NCBI GenBank assembly: GCA_014905635.1
Contig: JABVCE010000003.1
Location: 1,736,001-1,800,000, forward strand
DNA length: 64,000 nt
Origin: Scenedesmus sp. PABB004
Lineage: Eukaryota
Direction: 5' to 3'
Below the pieces are notes generated by a model, which did not search any database, was not told where the DNA came from, and saw nothing but the letters and a program-made list of their open reading frames with translations. Positions 1 to 11,473 of the stretch are shown in pieces. The translations under genes and the position numbers were made by a program. Within the stretch, counting starts at the first letter, position 1. Each line of letters begins with the position of its first letter.

Positions 1-219
1 GCGTACCGCGCGCGCCACGGCGCGCCGCCGCTCGCCTGGGACGCGAGCCTCGCGTCCACCGCGCAGGCGTGGGCCGCGACCTGCCCCGGCGGCCACAGCG
101 GCACCAAGGGCGCGGGCGAGAACATGGCCTGTGAGCGGCGGCGGCGGCGGCAGCCTGCGGCGCCGGCGCCTGCGCCCCCGCGCGCGCCCGCAGCAAGGAG
201 GGCCACTGCGCCGCGCCCA

Positions 220-255
<36 letters not shown>

Positions 256-3200
256 GCTCGCAGGGGGCTATGCCAGCCTGTCTGACGCGGCGGACGCCTG
301 GTACGACGAGGTGCGCGCCCGCCTGATCCCCTGCCGCCGCCGCGCGGGCGGGCCGCCGCGCCCGCGCTGTGCCCGCCGCGCCCGCCGGCCGACCGGCCCT
401 CGCCCCGCGCCGCGCCGCAGGTGAAGCTGTTTGACTTTTTCCGCCCGGGCTGGTCCCCCGCGACGGGGCACTTTACCCAGCTCGTGTGGGCCTCCACCAC
501 CCGGCTCGGCTGCGCGGTCAACACCCGCTGCGACTGGGCGACCTACGTCTGCCAGTACGCCGCGCCCGGCAACGTGCTGGGCGTGGACTGGGCGGTCCAG
601 GTGCTGCCGGCGCGGCAGGCGGGCGACGCGCCCGCCGCGGCGCCGTCCGGGCCCACGCCCGCGCCGAGCGCGGCGCCCGCCGAGTCGCCCGCAACGAGCC
701 CGGAGCTGGCCCAGGCGCTGGAGCGCACCAACGCTCACCGCGCGCGCTACCAGGTGCGGGGCGCACGCGCACGCCGCTGCGCAGGCTGCGCCGCCGCGCC
801 GTGCCGCGCCGCTCAGCACGCGCCGCCGCGTGCCTCGAGACACTCGACAGGCGGCCCCGCTCGCCTGGGACGCGGCGCTCGCCGCCGGCGCAGCCCGCTG
901 GGCGGCGACCTGCCCCAGCGGGCACAGCGGCACGGCGGGGGTCGGCGAGAACGTGGCCTGTGAGCGCTCGGCGCGCCGCTCGCGGGGCTGCCGCCGCGCG
1001 CGCCGCCGGGCGCGCGCTCAGCCGCATTGCCGCCCCGCTCTGGGCTTGCGTGCGCAGGGGGGCAGGGCAGCCTGGCCGCCGCGGTCGACGCGTGGGCGAG
1101 CGAGGCGGCGTCGTACAGCTTTGGCCGCCCCGGCTGGTTGTCCACGACCGGCCACTTCACCCAGCTCGTGTGGGCCGGCACCACCCGGCTCGGCTGCGCG
1201 GCCAACCGCAACTGCAGCTGGGCGACGTACATCTGCCAGTACTCGCCGCCCGGCAACGTGCTGGGCGGCGACTGGTCCGCGCAGGTCCAGCCCGCCGTGC
1301 CGGGCGCGGCCGCGCTGCCCGCGCTGCCCCCGCTGGCGGCGCCGCCCAAGGCGAGCCCGAGCCCCAGCCCCGCGCCGCGCCTCGCGGCGCCGCGCGCCTC
1401 GCCGCCGCCGTCGCCTGCGGCCGTGGCTTCCCCGTCGCCCAAGCCCCTGCTGCGCTCCTCGCCGTCGCCGGCGCCGGCGGCCGCCAGCCCATCGCCCCGG
1501 CCGGCCGTGGCCAGCCCGTCGCCGCGGCCCGCGGCGGCCAGCCCGTCGCCCTCGCCGGCGGTGGTGGTCAGGCCGTCACCGTCGCCGTCGCCCTTGCCCT
1601 CGCCGTCGCCCTCGCCGGCGCCGCTGCGCCCCGCCACGCCCGACCTCGCCGCGGCCCTGGACGTGACCAACGCCCTCCGCGCGATGCACCAGGTGCGCCG
1701 CGCTGCGACCGACGGCGGGCGCGCGGGCTGCGCCGGCCGGCTGCGCAGGGCGCGGCGCGCCCCGCGCTGCCCGCTGACGCCGCGCCGCGCGCCGCCGCCG
1801 CGCCGCCGCGCCGCACAGGCGGCGCCGCTGGCCTGGAACGCGAGCCTCGCCGCGAGCGCCGCCGCGTGGGCGGCGACGTGCGAGTTCACGGTCAGCGGCA
1901 CGCCGGGCGTGGGCGAAGCGATCGGCTTTGGCTACGCCAGCTTCCCCGAGGCGCTGCGCGACTGGCACGGCCAGGTGTCGGCATATGACTTTGGGTCCCC
2001 CGGCTTCTCGCCCAACACCGGCGCGTTCACGCAGCTCGTGTGGCGCGGCAGCCGCGCGCTGGGCTGCGCGGCCAACCCCGCCTGCTCCTGGGCGATGTAC
2101 GTCTGCCACTACTACCCCCCTGGTGCGCGCGGCGCCGGCTGCCGCTGTGGGAGCCCTGCGGGGCGGGGCGCAGCCGCTGGCCGGCCCGAGAGCGGCGCGG
2201 CCCGGCCCGCGGCGGCGCGAGCCGCCCCCGCACGCGTGCACGCACGCGCACGCCCCCGCTGTGTGCGCAGGCAACTCGTTCGACTACGCCTCCAACGTTC
2301 TCCCCGCGACCGCGGCGGTGCCCAAGCCCGGCGCCGAGGGCGAGCCCGTGCCGCTCGGCGTCGTGGAGCCGGCGGGCGACGCGCCCGCGCAGCCCGGCAG
2401 CCGCGGCAGCGGCCTGCAGCCCGCCGCGCCGGTGGCAGCCGCGCCGGCCGACCCGGAGCTCGCCGCGGCGCTGGCCGCGGGCAACGCGCTGCGCGCCGCC
2501 CACCAGGCGCCGCCCCTGGCGTGGGACGACGCGCTGGCCGCGCGCACGGCGGAGCTCGTGGCGGCCTGCCCGCAGCAGCAGAGCGGCGACCGCGGCGTCG
2601 GCGAGAACATGGCCTGTGAGTGCTCGGCGCGCCGCTCGCGGGGCAGGGCGCGGGGCTGCTGCCAGGCGCGCGCGCGCCGCCGCGAGCGCGCCGCTGTGCG
2701 CGCGCTCAGCCCCGTCCCCGCCCCGCCCTGCCTCGCGCGCGCAGGGGGGCACGCCAGCCTGGCGGCCGCGGTCGACGCGTGGGCGAGCGAGGCGGCGTTC
2801 TACAACTTCAGCGCGCCGGGCTGGTCGATCGCGGCGGGCCACTTCAGCCAGCTCGTCTGGCGAGGCAGCAGCGCGGTTGGCTGCGCGGCCAACCGCAACT
2901 GCAGCTGGGCGACATACGTCTGCCAGTACTCGCCGCCCGGCAACGTCGTGGGCGGCGACTGGGCGCGCAACGTGGCGCCGCGCCTGCCCGACGGCGGCGG
3001 CGTGCCTGCCCAGCAGGCGCCCACCGGCACCTGGGCGCCCGCGGCCGCGCCGGGCGACGCCGCGCCGGCCGCGGCCGCGCCGCCGCGCGCCGGCCCGGCC
3101 GAGGTGCCCGTCGGGAGCGCCATGCCGCCGGGCGAGGCCGAGGCGGAGCTGCCGGCGACGTACACACCCTTCAACCTGGGCGACCACCCCGCCGCCAGAG

Positions 3201-4103
3201 CGCACACCATCATATGGCCCGCGCCGCCCGCGCAGCCGGAGCCGGAGCCGGAGCCAGAGCCGGAGCCAGAGCCCGAGCCACAGCCCGCGCCGGAGCAGCC
3301 GTCGCCGGCGCCGCTGGCGCCGCCGACGTCGTGGGCGCCGCTCGAGTGGGACCCCGCCGCGCTGGCGGCGCAGCAGGCGGCCGATGCGGCCGCGAAGCAG
3401 GCGGCGGCGGCGACCGCCGCCGCCACGGACGCAGCCGCGGCGGCCCAGCCGGACGAGGTGGTCCCCGCGCCCGGCGCCCCGCCCGGCGCGGATGGCGTGA
3501 ACGACACCGCGCCTGCCGCCGCCGCGCCGGCAGCGCCCGCGGCAGGCGGTGCCAGCGCCGCGCCCGCGGGCAACGCGAGCGCCGCGGCCGTCGACGCCGC
3601 GTCCGTGCTGGCGGCGCACAACGCTCTGCGCGCGAAGCACGCGGCGCCGCCGCTTGCCTGGGACGCGGGCCTCGCGGCGCGCGCGCAGGCGTACGCGGAC
3701 TCGTGCCCCAGCGGCCACAGCGGCGACAAGGGCGTGGGCGAGAACATCGCCTGGTGCGCGCACGCGCGGCCGCCGGCGCTCGGGCGCCGCCGGCGCCGGC
3801 GCCGCCGCGCTGCCCACTCGCCGCCTGTCGCCGCCTGTCGCCGCTGCCTGCAGGGGCTACCCGACCTGGGCGGCCGCGGTGGACGGGTGGTATGGTGAGG
3901 TGAAGGACGTCAACTGGGCGGCGCTCGGCTGGTCGCCCACGACCGGTCACTTCACCCAGCTCATCTGGGCGGCGACGACCCGGGTCGGCTGCGGCGTCAA
4001 CGGCCGCTGCCGCATGGCCACGTACGTCTGCCAGTACGCCGTGGCGGGCAACGACCTCGGCGCCGACTGGTCGACGCAGGTCAAGCCCGCCAAGGCGGCG
4101 TGA
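1..4103 (+). CDS. Multi-domain CAP/SCP/PR-1 protein with at least five tandem CAP domains and Pro/Ser-rich linkers; 5' end lies outside the window
   Basis: Five repeats of N..RA.H.APPLAW / GE(N)xA(W)G / (GH)FTQLVW / GCA.N..C...YVC.Y...GN. Inferred introns 131-263, 311-420, 754-850, 960-1057, 1693-1818, 2123-2270, 2616-2744, 3754-3853; (SP)n and (PE)n linkers; TGA 4101-4103. Confidence 0.9.
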
Positions 4104-4484
4104 GCACCTGTGTGCCGTGCCGAGCCCCCTGTGCAGCTGTGCGCTGTACGTAGTTGCATTTTGTTGGGCGCCGCATTTGATTGACGCACAAAGACTGCAT
4201 TGCATTGGCCCGGGGAGACAATAAGCGGGCGCGGCCCATGTGTTTGGCGTGGGCGCCGCGCCGGCGGGGTCCAGCGGCGCTGAAGCGCGGCCGGCCCCTG
4301 CGCGCGGGCAGACGCGGGCAGGCGCGCACGGGCCACTGTTGCTGTGACGGGAGCCTGCTGCCGCACCGCCGCCGCCTCTGGCCGACGGCCCCGGCGCACG
4401 CAAGCAGCAGCACAGCCGCTGCCGCTGCACGCAGCGAGCGATTGGCCCTGCCGCTGTCCCCAACCCAGCGCTGCGCCGTCGAGC

Positions 4485-5762
4485 ATGCTCCAGCCGCGGC
4501 GAGCGAGCGCAGGCGGGGCGTGCGCGCGCCGGCAGCGGCGGCTCCTCCGCGCCGCCGCTGCGGTGCGCCCAGCGGAGGCGCAGAAGCAGCGGCCGCGGCC
4601 GCGGCACCTCGTGGCGCCGACCATCAGCTACAGGCGAGCCGCGGCGCGCCGCCGCCCGCCGCTAGGGCCGGCGGCCGACCGCCGCTGCTCCGCGCCGCCG
4701 CGCCGCCGCAGCACGAGCAAGGCGGACGTGCTGCTGCCGGATCTGCGCCGCCTCTACGCCCTGGTGGCGGCGCAGAACGCGATCGACGGCAGCGCGGTCA
4801 AGCGCAGCTTCTGGGCGCACTGGCAGACGCTCTCGGGTGGGTGCGGCGCGTTGGGGCCGCAGTGGCGTCGGGGCCGCAGCGGCGGCGGGGCCGCAGTGGC
4901 CGGGGCTGCGGCCGGCCGGCGCGGGCCGGCGCCGGACTCGCGCCGCCGCCGCCCGCAGACGTCGAGGCGGAGGCCAAGCTGGCGCGCATGCTCGACCGCA
5001 GCGTCGCGGTCGTGGCGGCGTTCAGCTGCGACCCCTACGTCTGGGGCGACGACGACGGCGGCGCCGGCAGCGACGCCGACGCGGCCGGCGGCAGCGGCGC
5101 CAGCAGCGCCAGCAGCTCCAGCAGCAGCAGTGCCAGCAGTGACGCTGGCGCCTGGGGCGCCGCGCCCAGCAGCAGCAGCACCAGCACCAGCACCAGCAGC
5201 AGCAGCACCAGCAGAGGCGGCGCCGCGGGCGGCGCGCCGCTGTGGGGCCGCTGGCAGTGGCGGCGGCCGCGCCGCCTCGTGGGCTTTGTGCGCGCGGCGG
5301 GCGACGACGCGCTGGTGGGCGGGCGCGCCTCGGCGCGCCGCCCGTGCCTGGCGGCCGCCCCTGCGCCCGCGCCTGCGCCCGCGCCGCGCCTGGTCCCGCG
5401 CCGCCCGCTGCTCCCACACCTCCGTCCCGCGCGCCCCGCTCGCCCAGGTGGCGACCATCCACGACGTACTCATCCACCCTGCGCTGCAGGGCTACGGCGT
5501 CGGCGCGGCGCTGCTGCGCCAGGCCGTCGCGGCGGCGGCGCGCGCGGGCGTGTACGACGTGGGCCTCGTCGCACCCGCGGAGCTGCAGGGCTTCTTCCGG
5601 AGCTGCGGGTTTGACCTGGACCGGGAGGACAGCGTGCCGATGGCGCTGCCGCCGGGGCGCGCGCCCGAGCCGGTAGAGATCGCCGCCCGCCTCGCGGCGC
5701 GGCCGGGCCTCGCCGCGCGCTTGCGCGCGGCGCTGGACGACGAGGACGGCCTGCTGCTGTGA
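4485..5762 (+). CDS. GNAT-family N-acetyltransferase, plastid GNAT3/SNAT-like
   Basis: Spliced motifs LVGFVRAAGDDALV|ATIHDVLIHPALQGYGVGAALL (acetyl-CoA motif QxxGxG) and FFRSCGF; transit-peptide-like N-terminus; Ser-rich insert; about 3 introns. Confidence 0.8.
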   Translation: MLQPRRASAGGACARRQRRLLRAAAAVRPAEAQKQRPRPRHLVAPTISYRRAAARRRPPLGPAADRRCSAPPRRRSTSKADVLLPDLRRLYALVAAQNAIDGSAVKRSFWAHWQTLSGGCGALGPQWRRGRSGGGAAVAGAAAGRRGPAPDSRRRRPQTSRRRPSWRACSTAASRSWRRSAATPTSGATTTAAPAATPTRPAAAAPAAPAAPAAAVPAVTLAPGAPRPAAAAPAPAPAAAAPAEAAPRAARRCGAAGSGGGRAASWALCARRATTRWWAGAPRRAARAWRPPLRPRLRPRRAWSRAARCSHTSVPRAPLAQVATIHDVLIHPALQGYGVGAALLRQAVAAAARAGVYDVGLVAPAELQGFFRSCGFDLDREDSVPMALPPGRAPEPVEIAARLAARPGLAARLRAALDDEDGLLL

Positions 5763-6111
5763 CGCCGGCCGCGGCCGGCGGCGGCGGCGGCTGGGGCGGC
5801 GGCGGCGCGCCGGGACGCAGCGGCTTCTGCGTGCGGCGGCGGCGCGGCGGCACGCGTGGCGGCGGCGGCGGCGCGGAGAGCGGCGCCGGGAAGGGCCTGC
5901 CAAACACTGATCGTGCCGCCGGCGATCGGCCTTTGGCAGAGCACGCGGCGCTGAGCCCCGGCCGCCGCGCCGCGCGAACGCCGACAGACGGGCGTGCGCC
6001 CCAGGCCGGCTGCGCCCTCGCGCAGATTCACGACAGACGTACGGCACCGCCGGGCCGCGCCGGCATGGCGGCGCGCGCGTAACGGCAAGGGCAGCCGGCG
6101 AGCATCATCTG

Positions 6112-8991
6112 ATGGGCGCCCTCTGCAGCGGCGGCCTCGCGGACGCGCGCTGCCCCGCGCCTGCCCCGCCACACCGTCACGCCCCGCTGCCCAAGTACGC
6201 GCCCGGCGGCGCGGCGGTCAACAACGGCGCCGGGGAGGCCGGGAAACGGGCCTCGCTGTCCAGCAGCCCCGAGCGCCGCCGCGGGGCCGGCCTCGGTCCC
6301 GGTGGCGAGCCGGGAGGCGGCGGGCCGGAGGATGACGGCGGCGGCGGCCGGCGCGGCGGCGGCGGTGGCGGCGCCGGCGAGCAGCAGCACGGCGCTGCGC
6401 ACGGCGGGCACGGCGGCACGCCGGCGCCGCCGCACGGCGGCGCCGAGCCCGCGCCGCCGGCGGCGCCGGAGCCGCCTGAGCCGGCGCCCGTGAGTGTGCC
6501 GTTCAGCTGGACCAAGGGCGACCTCATCGGCGTCGGCGCGTGCGGGCGCGTGTTCAGCGCCCTCAACAACGTGACCGGCGAGCTCGTCGCGGTCAAGCAG
6601 GTCCCATTTGCCAAGGACGAGGCGCTGCAGGGCCGCGTCGCGGAGCACGTGCGCGCGCTCGAGGCGGAGGTCGCGGTGCTGCGCACGCTGAGCCACGAAA
6701 ACATCGTGCGCTACCTCGGCACCGAGATCACGGCCGACGCGCTGCACATCTTCCTGGAGTACGTCCCCGGCGGCTCCATCGCGAGCCTGCTGTCCAAGTT
6801 TGGCGCCTTCCCCGAGAGCGTGATCCGCTGCTACACCGCGCAGCTGCTGCGCGGCCTCGAGTACCTCCACCAGCGCGGCATCATGCACCGCGACATCAAG
6901 GGCGCCAACATCCTCATCGACAAGGCCGGCACGGTCAAGCTCGCCGACTTTGGGGCGAGCAAGAACATCGAGGACCTCGCGACCGTGGGCTCGGGCGCCA
7001 AGTCGATCCGCGGCACGCCCTACTGGATGGCGCCCGAGGTCATCAAGCAGACGGGGCACGGCCGCCCCGCCGACATCTGGAGCCTCGCATGCACCGTCAT
7101 CGAGATGGCGACCGGCAAGCCGCCCTGGTCGACCTACACCGCGCCCGTGGCGGCCATGTTCCAGATCGCGAGCTCCAAGGACCCGCCGCCCCTCCCCGAG
7201 CACCTCTCGCGCGAGGCCAAGGACTTCCTGCTCCTCTGCTTCAACCGGTGCGCCTCGCCGCCAGCGCCGCGCCGCCAGCCGCGCGCGCCCGCCGCCGCGC
7301 CGCCCGCCGCGCCGCCGCGCCGCGCGGCCGCCGCCCGCCCAGCCGCTCAGCCGCCGCCCGCGCGCCCGCCCGCCCGGCCGCGCAGGGTGGCGCGCGAGCG
7401 CGCCAACGCGACGCGGCTGCTGAAGCACCCCTTCGTGGCCAACGCGCCGCTGCAGCCGCAGCAGGGCGGCGTGCTGCCCGGCACGCCCGCCAGCGGCGCC
7501 GCCAGCGCGAGCGGCAGCCCCGCCGGCAGCGGCGCGGCCGGGCGGCCCGGCGACGGCGCGCGCGGCGGCGGCGGCGAGGCGCAGCGCCACCACACGCCGC
7601 TCGGCGCCCGCGCCAGCACGGCCGCGGGCCCCGGCGGCGCGCACCGCGGCGCCGCGGCGGCGTCCATGTCGGCGGCGCAGTCGGCGGGGCTCAAGGCTGC
7701 GCAGCAGTCGCGGTGCAGCCCCAGCAGCAGCACGGCGCGCGCCAGCCCCAAGCGCCACCACTCGGAACATCCTGACGGCGGCGGCGGCCAGTCTGCGCAG
7801 CAGCCAGCCCAGCAGCACCAGCACCAGCAGCTCGACCGGCAGCCGGGCTGCGGCAGCGCTCAGCAGCAGGGCGGCGCCGCCAAGCAGCAGCACTCGCCGC
7901 GGCCGTTTGACTACTACCGGCAGCCTCAGCAGCAGGCGCTGCAGCAGCCAGCGCAGCAGGCGCAGCAGCAGCAGTCGCGGCAGCAGCGCCAGCAGGCGCC
8001 GCCGGCGGGGGCCAGCACCGCCGCCGCGCCGCCCGCCGCCGAGCCGGCGGCCGCGGATGCCGGCGGCGATGCGGCGGAGGGGTGCATGACGCTGGTGGAC
8101 TGGAACCCCATGGCTGAGCCGTCCTGGCTGCCGACCTACCAGCCGCAGCAGCAGCCGGGCCGGCAGGCGGCGGCGGCGCAGCCGCAGCAGGAGCAGCAGG
8201 CGCAGCAGCAGCTCACGCCGGAGCAGCAGCGACAGGCAGCAGCCGCGGCCGAGCCGCCTGAGCTGGACGTGCCGCGGCCGGCGCCCGGCAGCCGGGGCGG
8301 CGCAGCGGCGGGCGGCGGCGGCGGCGGCGGCGCAGGCAGCGCTGCAGGGCTGGCGCTGGCAAAGCGCGGCTCGCTGCCCAGCGGCGCGGGCGGCATCCTC
8401 AGCAGCAGCAGCAGCGGCAGCAAGGGCCGGCCGCTGGCGCAAAAGCCGGAGCTGGCGGCATCTGGCGGCGCGAGCCTGAGCTCGGCGGGCCCGCTGGCGC
8501 AGGGGCCCGCGGGGCGGGCGAGCGGCGCGCTGGCCGCGGCCATGGGCCCGGGCGGCGGCGGGTCGATCCTGGGCGCCGGTCGGCCGCGCCCGCGCCCCAC
8601 GGGGCTGCAGGGCTCGCTGGCGCTGGCGCAGGCGTCGTCGCCCAGCGGCGGCTCGCCGCACGCGCCCGCTGGCGGCGGCAGCCCCGGCGCGGCGGCGGCC
8701 GCCGCGGGCGAGCACGCCAGCGCCGCGCCGCCCGCGCCCGGCACGCCTGGCTCGACCGGCGACCAGGCCAAGGGCGCGGCGCGCGGCGGCGGGCTGGCTC
8801 TCTCGGGGGCGGCCGCTGGCACCGGCGGCGCCGCCGGCGGTGGCGTCGGCGGCGACGACGACGTCGGCATGAGCAGCAAGCGCGCACAGTGGGAGACGGA
8901 GCTGTACGAGGAGCTGGAGCGGCACAGAAAGGAGCAGCGCGCCAGCCGCGCGGCGGGCTCGGGCGCGCGCGCGTCGTCGCTGCGGCCGTGA
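6112..8991 (+). CDS. MAP kinase kinase kinase, NPK1/ANP (MEKK/STE11) type
   Basis: [46 protein letters not shown]; one intron 7248-7385; long Q/G/A-rich tail ending [21 protein letters not shown], resembling the NPK1/ANP C-terminal coiled coil. Confidence 0.92.
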   Translation: MGALCSGGLADARCPAPAPPHRHAPLPKYAPGGAAVNNGAGEAGKRASLSSSPERRRGAGLGPGGEPGGGGPEDDGGGGRRGGGGGGAGEQQHGAAHGGHGGTPAPPHGGAEPAPPAAPEPPEPAPVSVPFSWTKGDLIGVGACGRVFSALNNVTGELVAVKQVPFAKDEALQGRVAEHVRALEAEVAVLRTLSHENIVRYLGTEITADALHIFLEYVPGGSIASLLSKFGAFPESVIRCYTAQLLRGLEYLHQRGIMHRDIKGANILIDKAGTVKLADFGASKNIEDLATVGSGAKSIRGTPYWMAPEVIKQTGHGRPADIWSLACTVIEMATGKPPWSTYTAPVAAMFQIASSKDPPPLPEHLSREAKDFLLLCFNRCASPPAPRRQPRAPAAAPPAAPPRRAAAARPAAQPPPARPPARPRRVARERANATRLLKHPFVANAPLQPQQGGVLPGTPASGAASASGSPAGSGAAGRPGDGARGGGGEAQRHHTPLGARASTAAGPGGAHRGAAAASMSAAQSAGLKAAQQSRCSPSSSTARASPKRHHSEHPDGGGGQSAQQPAQQHQHQQLDRQPGCGSAQQQGGAAKQQHSPRPFDYYRQPQQQALQQPAQQAQQQQSRQQRQQAPPAGASTAAAPPAAEPAAADAGGDAAEGCMTLVDWNPMAEPSWLPTYQPQQQPGRQAAAAQPQQEQQAQQQLTPEQQRQAAAAAEPPELDVPRPAPGSRGGAAAGGGGGGGAGSAAGLALAKRGSLPSGAGGILSSSSSGSKGRPLAQKPELAASGGASLSSAGPLAQGPAGRASGALAAAMGPGGGGSILGAGRPRPRPTGLQGSLALAQASSPSGGSPHAPAGGGSPGAAAAAAGEHASAAPPAPGTPGSTGDQAKGAARGGGLALSGAAAGTGGAAGGGVGGDDDVGMSSKRAQWETELYEELERHRKEQRASRAAGSGARASSLRP

Positions 8992-9259
8992 GCCGGCCGG
9001 GGCGCGCGCGCGCGCGCGCGCACGGGGGGATTGGCGCGCGGCGCCGGGGCCGCGGCGCGGCGTCGAACCCATGGCACGGCAGCACTGATCTGGTGGGCTG
9101 CTGCGTGCGACTGACCTGACCTGACTGCGTTGGACCTCGCTCACTCCCCCTGACGGCGCCAGCGCGCCCGACCCCGGCGACGACCTAGTCAGGCGACTCG
9201 TATAGGCAGCGCGACGCTGGGGTGGTGCCGCCGAGATAGGCCTAGGCAGGACGGCGGCG

Positions 9260-9264
9260 TGTAA
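9260..9264 (+). promoter_or_regulatory. Candidate chlorophyte polyadenylation signal TGTAA for the MAPKKK gene
   Basis: TGTAA about 270 nt after the stop at 8991; the motif is rare in this GC-rich DNA. Confidence 0.5.
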
Positions 9265-9470
9265 GCGCTTTGCCGGCGGCCGGCGGTGCGGGTCGGGCGC
9301 CGCGGCGTGCGCCGCCAGGGCGCAGGGCGCAGCTCGCCGCCCAGCGCCGCCGCGACGGCCGGCCCGCGCCAATTGCGCGCTGGGCGCTCCCCAGGCAGCC
9401 CCGCCCGCCGGACGCGCAGAGAGAGCGGGGGCCGGCCGCACTCGGCAGCAGCAGCAGCGGGCGAGGCACC

Positions 9471-11106
9471 ATGCAGCTCGCCGCGGCGCCAGGCGCCGCA
9501 GCGATGGTCGGCAGCAGCAGATCGCTGGCGGCGCGCGCGCCGCGGGCGCTCGTGCGGCGCAGCTGCGGTGGGCGGCGCATGCCCCGGCCGCTCGCGTCTG
9601 CGGCGTCGCACGCGGCCCAGCCGGGCAGCAGCCCCGCGCCGCCGCTGGCGATCGACGGCGCGCAGCTGCAGCGGCTGTGCAGGAGCGCGGCGGTGGGCGT
9701 GGCTGCAGCTGCAGCCTGGTCAGTGCTGGCGTCCGCTGCTGGCGCCCCCGGCGCGCCGCTGGCGTCGCTGACGATGGCCAGCACCACCCCGGGCGCCTCA
9801 GGTGGGGCGTGGGAGCAGGCGGGCGTGTGCATGCAGCCCGCGGGCCGCCGGCGCGCGCGCGGCGCCCGCCGCCGACGCGGCGCCGCCGCTGCTGCCGCCG
9901 CCGCGCAGGCGCGACCGTGGCGGCGCAGAGCGCGTGGGCGGGCCTGGCAGCTGGCTTCCTGCACACGCTGTGCGGGCCGGACCACCTCGCAGTGAGCGGC
10001 GCGGCGGCGGCCCGCGCAGGGCAGCGACCGGCGGCGCGCCGCGCCGCGCCGCGCCGTCCGCCTGCCCCGCCCTCCGCCGACGCCGCGCCCGCCGCCGCCG
10101 CCGCCGCCGCCGCCGCGCAGGCGCTGACGCCGCTGACCATCGGGCGCAACCGCGCCGCCGCGTCGGCGCTGGGCGCGCTGTGGGGCTTTGGCCACTCCAC
10201 CGGCCAGCTCATCCTGGGCCTGGTGTTCGTGGTGCTCAAGGTGCGGCGTGGCGCCGCAGTCGCGGCGCCGGCAGCGGCGGCGGCACGTCGCGGCAGCGGC
10301 GACGCGGCGGGTGGCGGCAGCGGCGGCGCAGCGCCGCAGTCGCGGCGGGCAGCGGCAGCGGCAGCGGCGGTGCGCCGTCGGCGCAGCGGCCCCGCCCTCC
10401 GTCTTGCCACCCACCACCCACCCACCCTCCCACCCACCCACTCTCGCCCACGCCCACACACACGCACACCAGGAGCGCTTCCACGACCTCGTGCCCGCGC
10501 TCTCCCGCTGGTCGGGCACGGTCGTGGGGCTCACGCTCGTGGCCATCGGGCTGATGGGCATCTACGAGACATACTTTGAGGGCGGCGGCCACGGCGACGA
10601 GCCCGACGGCGGCGAGCTCAAGCTCGCGGTCGCGGGTGCGCGCGCCGGCGGCGGCCGCGCGCGGGCGTGCCCTGCGCCCCGCGCGCGCCCCGCGGCCCGC
10701 CGGCCGAGCTGAGCGCCCGCGCGGCCCTGCGTGCCCCGCAGGCGGCGACGGCGGCGGCAGCGTGCCGGCGGGGTCGCGCCTGCGCGCGGCGGCGCAGGTC
10801 GGGCTGGCCACGTACGCCACGGGCATCGTGTACGGGCTGCACCCGGACGCACTGTTTGTCGTCATCCCCGCGCTCGCGCTGCCGACCAAGCTCGCGGCGG
10901 TGGCCTACTGCTCCATGTTTGTGCTCGGCACCGTCGCGGCGATGGGCGGCTACACGCTCGCGATCGGCACGACCAGCGCCGCGCTGACCGCGAGCCGGCC
11001 CTGGCTGCAGGCGCACCTCTCGACCGTCGCGAGCGGCATTGCCATCCTGGTGGGGCTCGGCATCCTCGCGAGCGGCGCGGGGCTCGCGGTGCCGCTGCTC
11101 GGCTGA
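9471..11106 (+). CDS. Chloroplast membrane protein of the UreH/NiCoT-like family (CGF1/CGF2-like)
   Basis: SAWAGLAAGFLHTLCGPDHLA|ALTPLTIGR, LWGFGHSTGQLILG, YATGIVYGLHPDALFVVIPALALP; several TM helices; transit-peptide-like N-terminus; about 4 introns. Confidence 0.85.
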
Positions 11107-11473
11107 GACCCCGTGAGGCCGCGGCGGCGCGCGGCGGCGGCGGCGCGCGGCGGCGGCGGCGCGCGGCGCGCGGAGCAGGGGGCCGCGCGTCGCGGCGTCT
11201 GCCCGGGGCGGGGCGGGTTTGGGGGGGGGGTCGGGTGGGGCAGGAGGGCGGCCCCCGCGGCGGCGGCGGCGCCTGTGCGGCCTGCGTCCGCGCGCAGCAG
11301 CACGGCCAGCTCAATAAGCGCGCGCGGCGGCGGCGGCGGCGGCGGGGGTAATTGGCGACGAGACGCGAGCGGCGTAGGGCTTTGGCCGCGCACGGCAAGG
11401 CGCAGCTGCCGGGCTGCACGCTCGCTGCGCGCACACACCTCCGTGGCAGCTGCGAGCCATGGCGCGCACACGG

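Noticed and set aside
6028..10467. Very long ORFs in the six-frame track (for example 1479 aa at 6028-10467 minus, 932 aa at 49560-52358 minus, 915 aa at 51206-53953 plus)
   Set aside because: Arg/Ala/Pro/Gly-rich shadow frames caused by stop-codon scarcity at very high GC; they overlap recognisable genes on another strand or frame and contain no motifs.
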